Below are positions 59,230 to 64,000 of a stretch of 64,000 nt of DNA, piece by piece (position 1 is the stretch's first letter; each line of letters starts with the position of its first letter). Where the stretch lies: positions 1 to 64,000 of the IMG/VR virus record IMGVR_UViG_3300032007_000068. The stretch is one strand, 5' to 3'. The DNA is from a virus. Lineage: Duplodnaviria; Caudoviricetes. The position numbers were made by a program, and so were the translations under genes. The notes below the pieces were generated by a model, which was given only the letters and a program-made list of their open reading frames with translations, ran no database searches and was not told the DNA's origin.

Positions 59230-60439
59230 ATTTCTATATAATCACTAATCTTTTTGCCGCTCGTGTTATGCCGGTATATAGGTAGCGTTGCCGCTCTTCC
59301 TTTCCACGAGGCCAATGCGGTTCATCGAACAGCAAAACCTTATCCCACTCTGATCCTTGCGCCTTCCAGACTGAAATGGCGTAACCGTAATTTAAATGGT
59401 GCGGTGGATTTTCTTCTAGCTTTTTCTTTATCCAATACTCATTTTCAGCGGTTAAAGCTGGAGCCTCTGTTAAAATTTCATTATAATCGGCGATTACACC
59501 TTGAAAAATTTCTTCATCGTCACCTATTAAATTACATTGAAAAGTGGGTACTACTATAGCTTCTGAGTTATTGCCACAACTAAAAGGTGGATATACTTTT
59601 TCGCCAATAACATAATCTTGTAACTTACTAATAACGCCATTGGTAAAAGGATTACCGCTTGAAGACGAGACATCCCAATCATTATTTAAATTAATAAGCT
59701 TATCTCCAATTTCTGGCATTTCTCCATAACCCAATTCTGCTCTACATAAACGATTTAAGACCCTACGAGTAGAATGAGTAGCACATAAAATTTCATCTGC
59801 CCAAGAACAAACACCATTGTTAATTTCATTTGCGGGCAGAAAACGTACTTCTTGTCCTTCTGGTTTATACTGATATAGAGGTTTCCCGTTTCTTATAAAC
59901 ATAGATAATCGTATGATTTCGCTTTCTTGCGCTTGCCGCATTACTTCATCGAGAAATATATGCGGGTTGTCTAGGACGTGATTGTCTGGGTCTTCGCCTT
60001 TTTTATTGGGGATAGGACTAAGTTGTGCTGGGTCGCCGCACGCGATAATATAGATTTTATATCGGCATAGCGCATCCCACATTTTCTTTGGCAACATAGA
60101 AACTTCATCAACAACCACTATTTTAGGTTCGCCTTCTAAAGTAGGACGTTTGGTATAAATAAAACGTCCATTGGGTAGTTGTTTAGAATAATAAATGAGT
60201 TTATGCGCCGTAGTAGCATTAGGGCAGCCCTTATTTTTTAATACGGTAGCTGCCTTACCCGTATAGGCTATGTAACGGACGTCTTTTTCTGGGTCAACAC
60301 CCAAAGCATCTATAATAAAACGCACTAAGGTAGACTTGCCCGTTCCGGCATACCCGGCTATTACGGTGTACTTTTCTCGCTATTTGCATCGCTCGACCGC
60401 AATCCGTAGTCCTTCAGCTTGCTTACGAGTCAATTCCAT
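59228..60439 (-). CDS. RecD/Dda-like superfamily 1 helicase (~403 aa, TAG=Gln)
   Basis: Walker A GYAGTGKS, YTGKAA, VDEVSM, GDPAQL, EVMRQ, YAISVWKAQGSEW and YTGITRA; ATG 60439; ends TAG AAA TGA. Confidence 0.88.
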
Positions 60440-60746
60440 CGGTTGGACCTCCATAATAATTAAAAGCACTATAAGGATAAGCGGTCGTACAAGGACGAAT
60501 TAATGTTGCAATAATCTCTTTAGGAGTGCCGTATTCGATATAACTTATATTACATCTATGGCCTTTACCTGAAGAACGAGCGGGGTATATTCTCCAAATA
60601 TCTTCATTATCACAATATAGAGCAATATTAGTTTTAGTTGCTCGAATCTTAGTTCCAATATTAAGATTTTCATAACCTCGCTGCATCTTTTTTAACAACT
60701 CAAAAGCTTGGTCTTTATTTTCATAATACCATATAATACCAATCAT
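60423..60746 (-). CDS. Hypothetical protein (107 aa)
   Basis: Intact coupled ORF without TAG. Confidence 0.6.
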   Translation of the reverse strand: MIGIIWYYENKDQAFELLKKMQRGYENLNIGTKIRATKTNIALYCDNEDIWRIYPARSSGKGHRCNISYIEYGTPKEIIATLIRPCTTAYPYSAFNYYGGPTDGIDS

Positions 60747-61499
60747 TTAATTCACCCCGCGGAAGTAATTATAAGCAATAGCCGCACAATTTTGGCGCGC
60801 ACTATAAGAACCGCTCCCACAACGCTCATAGACCTTAGCAAATGCCAGCGCAACTTGGCGAGGATCGGTTAATTCAAGAAAATCTTGATATGTAAAGCCA
60901 GATTTATAAACTTTTCCATACACCGTAAATTCATATTCCATAGTTTCCATTAAGAAGGCTATTTGCATTGGCGTATCCGCACCTTGCACATCTGGATAAT
61001 ATTTGCGGCTCCACTGAGCTAAACCATAATGCCCGCCAGATTTACTATATAAAAGTGGATTAATATCAAGGGTTTGCCCCGCCGTTTCAACCATAAAATT
61101 ACCAAGTAGTCCAGCGACAACGGCATCAGATAAGTTATATGACTTTAAGAGTATCCATACCCGCGTGGCGTCCGGGTATTCTAGTTCTTTCGCTTCCCAG
61201 ACCGCCCGCAGCTCTGTTTGCAAAGTATGGTATTCGTGGCGAGCATTTTCAGCAGCCCACCATGCTTCTTTAGCTGTTTGAATAATAATATGGTCGTCGG
61301 TATATCCCAAAGCCCGCGCGGCCTCGGCCATAATATGAGCATTTTCTTTTCGCTCTTGCTGCTCTGTAATTAATAGTTCTAATTCAATATAATCTTCGTA
61401 TGAATATGGAGTTGCCACTTCAAGTGAAGCGGCAGGAACTACAGACTGGCAGCCGCATAATATTAATACTAATAAAAATATAATTATCTTTTTCTGCAT
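60747..61499 (-). CDS. Secreted/lipoprotein cell-wall hydrolase with phage-tail-lysozyme-like domain (250 aa, no TAG)
   Basis: N-terminal MQKKIIIFLLVLILCGC signal/lipobox; C-terminal AGLLGNFMVET...GLAQW...Q..F...E...AF...YER pattern. Confidence 0.7.
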   Translation of the reverse strand: MQKKIIIFLLVLILCGCQSVVPAASLEVATPYSYEDYIELELLITEQQERKENAHIMAEAARALGYTDDHIIIQTAKEAWWAAENARHEYHTLQTELRAVWEAKELEYPDATRVWILLKSYNLSDAVVAGLLGNFMVETAGQTLDINPLLYSKSGGHYGLAQWSRKYYPDVQGADTPMQIAFLMETMEYEFTVYGKVYKSGFTYQDFLELTDPRQVALAFAKVYERCGSGSYSARQNCAAIAYNYFRGVN

Positions 61500-61508
61500 A
61501 TATTCTCC

Positions 61509-63248
61509 TTAAAAGTAATATTGTTGGCGGTTAGTAATTTCATAATCTTCAATAATAATTTGCGGAGTAATGGTATTGTAATATTTATTAGTGTTACAAC
61601 GTCCTACTAAAGTTATATAAACACAGCCAGTTTCGCTATATAATTCCTAATATTCCTCATATGAGGATTTAAATTTAATAAAGGCTACTCCATTTGGTAA
61701 CTGAATTTTAATAGCTGGTTTTTTATCTGGTGACATTAAAGTAAGTTTATCTGCGGTAATAGGTAAATTTTCTACTGCCACATAAGGCTCACTAATTTCC
61801 TGACCCCATAATGCCTTAGCATTTCCTATTGCTAAAATATTATCGGGAATTAAGTCATCTTGATGCCATACAAAGTCTACACGGTATATTGGTGCAAAAT
61901 GAATATTAGCCAATTCTTCATCAGCATAGTTAATAAATAAATTAATATACTCATCGGGGAAAGCTGTACCGAAAGCGTTTGGATGCCCCTCCGCATACAG
62001 ACTAAATCCGCTATCACGAACAAATTGACGAAAATCTGTTAGGCTGCCTTGCTAATAGCCTCGCGCAGAGCCAGACCAAAATATCTTTCCCTCTTCATCG
62101 AAGGTAGGAGAAAGTAAACAAACCGGCCGTTGGTATTTAGCCATAAGTTTGTTAGCGATTAGTCCGGTGATACCCTTGTCATAAGTTTCTATCATCTTGA
62201 TAACTAGTACTTTATGCTCTAAAAGCTAGTCTCGTGTGATTAAAGCCTCAACTTTCTCAACCATTTCATCCTGTTCTCTTGTTTGACGGTTTTTAATATT
62301 AATACAAGTACGAACAGCCTATTCTACCCTACTTTCTAAAGTATTTGACATACCCCTTTTAGTAGAAGGGATAAGTTCATCTGCTTTCCAAGTTAAAAAT
62401 GACTCAAACAAAAGTAGTTTCTCTGCCATATTTCCTACACGGGTAACTGCATTAATATAAGGTACAATGTAAAAAGCTACGCCAATAGGCGTTAATTCAT
62501 CACCTAATGAATATGAGTTTCTTTCTGCCATAGCCGCTATAAAAGGATTGCGGATGCTATTCAAGCCAGCCTGTATTAAATAGTGAGTTTCTAAATCTCT
62601 CGTATCCATCATATCAGCTATGAGCCCCAATGCAACTATATCACTGAACTGAGTAGCTAGTTCATCGCCACATAATTCATCTATATATTCACATAATTTA
62701 TAAACAATACCTACTCCACTTAGCGATTTAGTAGGATAGTCGCACAACTAATTATTAACAACGCAAGCGAAAGGACTCACATATTCAGCCTAGTGGTGGT
62801 CAAGCACTAATACTTCTACGCCCTCTTTAGATAAAGCTTCATGAATTTCATAGTCGTTGCTGGAACTATCGGGCGCTATTACTAATGCGATATCTCCATC
62901 TATAACTAGGTCGTGTAAACCATGGGTTTTTCCTTCGTGCGTATAATAAGTAAAGTTTCCTATGGCGCTAGGAAACCGAGCATAAATATAGTTTAAAAGG
63001 AGCGCAGCGCTAGTATATCCGTCGCAATCGCTGTCTATGCATATCATAATTTTACTTTCCGCAGAAATGTGCTTAAGTAAAAGTGCTGCCGCTTCTCTAA
63101 TATTATCTAATAGAATAGGAGGCAAATCATCATCACGAGTAACATTTAAATACTACTTAATTTTATCCTTTTCTATGCCTCTATTGGTTAATACCTATTC
63201 TAATATCGTATAATTTTCATTTCTTGGATTAATTAACTTATATTCCAA
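61509..63248 (-). CDS. recJ: RecJ-like ssDNA exonuclease (DHH family; ~579 aa, TAG=Gln)
   Basis: DSDCDGYTS, APDS, LDHH[Q], LSGVG, ALGLIADMMD, PYINA, GSARG and GH..AFG; joins track ORFs 62790, 62319 and 61647. Confidence 0.9.
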
Positions 63249-63256
63249 AATATATC

Positions 63257-64000
63257 TTACCTCCCTGATGGCACTATTCTTGTTTGTAATAATTGCTCAA
63301 AGACTTCTTTGCCGCAATCAGTGGGAGAAGCCTTATAGGGGGTAATCATTTCTTTATCAAATATGGCGGTAATTTTTATAGTTTTATTATATTTATCATA
63401 TAAATTAATTAATTTCTTTTTTAATTGTATAAATTCACTATCTGAGTTCCCTAATGCTTGGAATTGACGGTCAAATGCTAATACCACTTCTTTAGCTCCG
63501 CACTTCTTCAATAGTTCTATATGATAACTAGAAACATTACTTCCGCAGCAGGCTACAGAAATATCTTTATCATAACCGTAAAAACTACTAAATTGAAGGC
63601 AGCTCTTCTCCGATTCTAGCAAAATAGCGACTTGCGATTTACGAATATTGTCTTTGGAATTATTAAGGTTATATAAATTCATAGAAAGAGGATGGCTATA
63701 TTGGATACCATTAATTAATAATGGACGATATTTACCATATCTCTCGCCATCCTCTATAGATAAAGTACGTCCTCTAATACCAACTAACCTGTTATTAATG
63801 TCGTAATGAGGAATTGTAATTTGGTTATCACCGGGGTAATACCCGATGTGATTATGTAAACTTACTTCTCTTTTTATACCTTCTATTTCCCACCGAAGAA
63901 TGCGGGGATAGGAGAATTTATCTAGTATTGCCGCGTCGTATTCTGGCAATATAATACCTAATTGAGCTCGTTTACGATTAAACTTGTGACGTCGAAAAAC
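63257..64000 (-). CDS. DNA primase (TOPRIM) C-terminal part, 5'-truncated by the window
   Basis: ITIPHYD....LVGIRGR, LYNLN, LESEKS, CCGS and LAFDR; no TAG in the visible part. Confidence 0.75.
   Translation of the reverse strand, partial: VFRRHKFNRKRAQLGIILPEYDAAILDKFSYPRILRWEIEGIKREVSLHNHIGYYPGDNQITIPHYDINNRLVGIRGRTLSIEDGERYGKYRPLLINGIQYSHPLSMNLYNLNNSKDNIRKSQVAILLESEKSCLQFSSFYGYDKDISVACCGSNVSSYHIELLKKCGAKEVVLAFDRQFQALGNSDSEFIQLKKKLINLYDKYNKTIKITAIFDKEMITPYKASPTDCGKEVFEQLLQTRIVPSGR

Overview
This is a 64-kb segment of a large tailed dsDNA phage, probably a siphovirus (giant tape measure, no sheath gene seen). Strong AGGAGG ribosome-binding sites and sigma-A-type promoters suggest a Firmicutes/Clostridia host. 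The phage reads TAG as glutamine (genetic code 15), so the supplied code-11 ORF track fragments most genes; all CDS coordinates below are re-called with TAG=Gln and TAA/TGA as stops. The + strand (1-45602) carries morphogenesis genes: terminase, portal, protease/scaffold, capsid, neck, tail tube, a 2922-aa tape measure, baseplate and tail fibres. These are followed by a BspA-LRR/glycosyltransferase/Gly-rich receptor-binding cassette, a holin-like gene and a six-gene unknown cassette. The - strand (45621-64000) carries replication and nucleotide genes: RuvC-like resolvase, dUTPase, NrdG, NrdD, guanylate kinase-like, DnaE, two adenine methyltransferases, RecD-like helicase, lysozyme, RecJ and primase. 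Four group I introns could be delimited to the base: two in terL, one in nrdD and one in dnaE; three carry homing endonucleases. The main leads are (1) strongly partitioned TAG usage that parallels two promoter classes, (2) a 5-nt insertion (AAC-TG-AAC) in the dnaE PHP motif with the geometry of a ribosomal stop-hop or a collapsed intron, (3) a recurrent non-sigma70 promoter-like motif, also found inside the dnaE intron, and (4) a recently expanded LRR array with a structured RNA and a glycosyltransferase downstream. No tRNA, CRISPR array or reverse transcriptase was seen. All calls come from reading the sequence by eye; no database searches were run.
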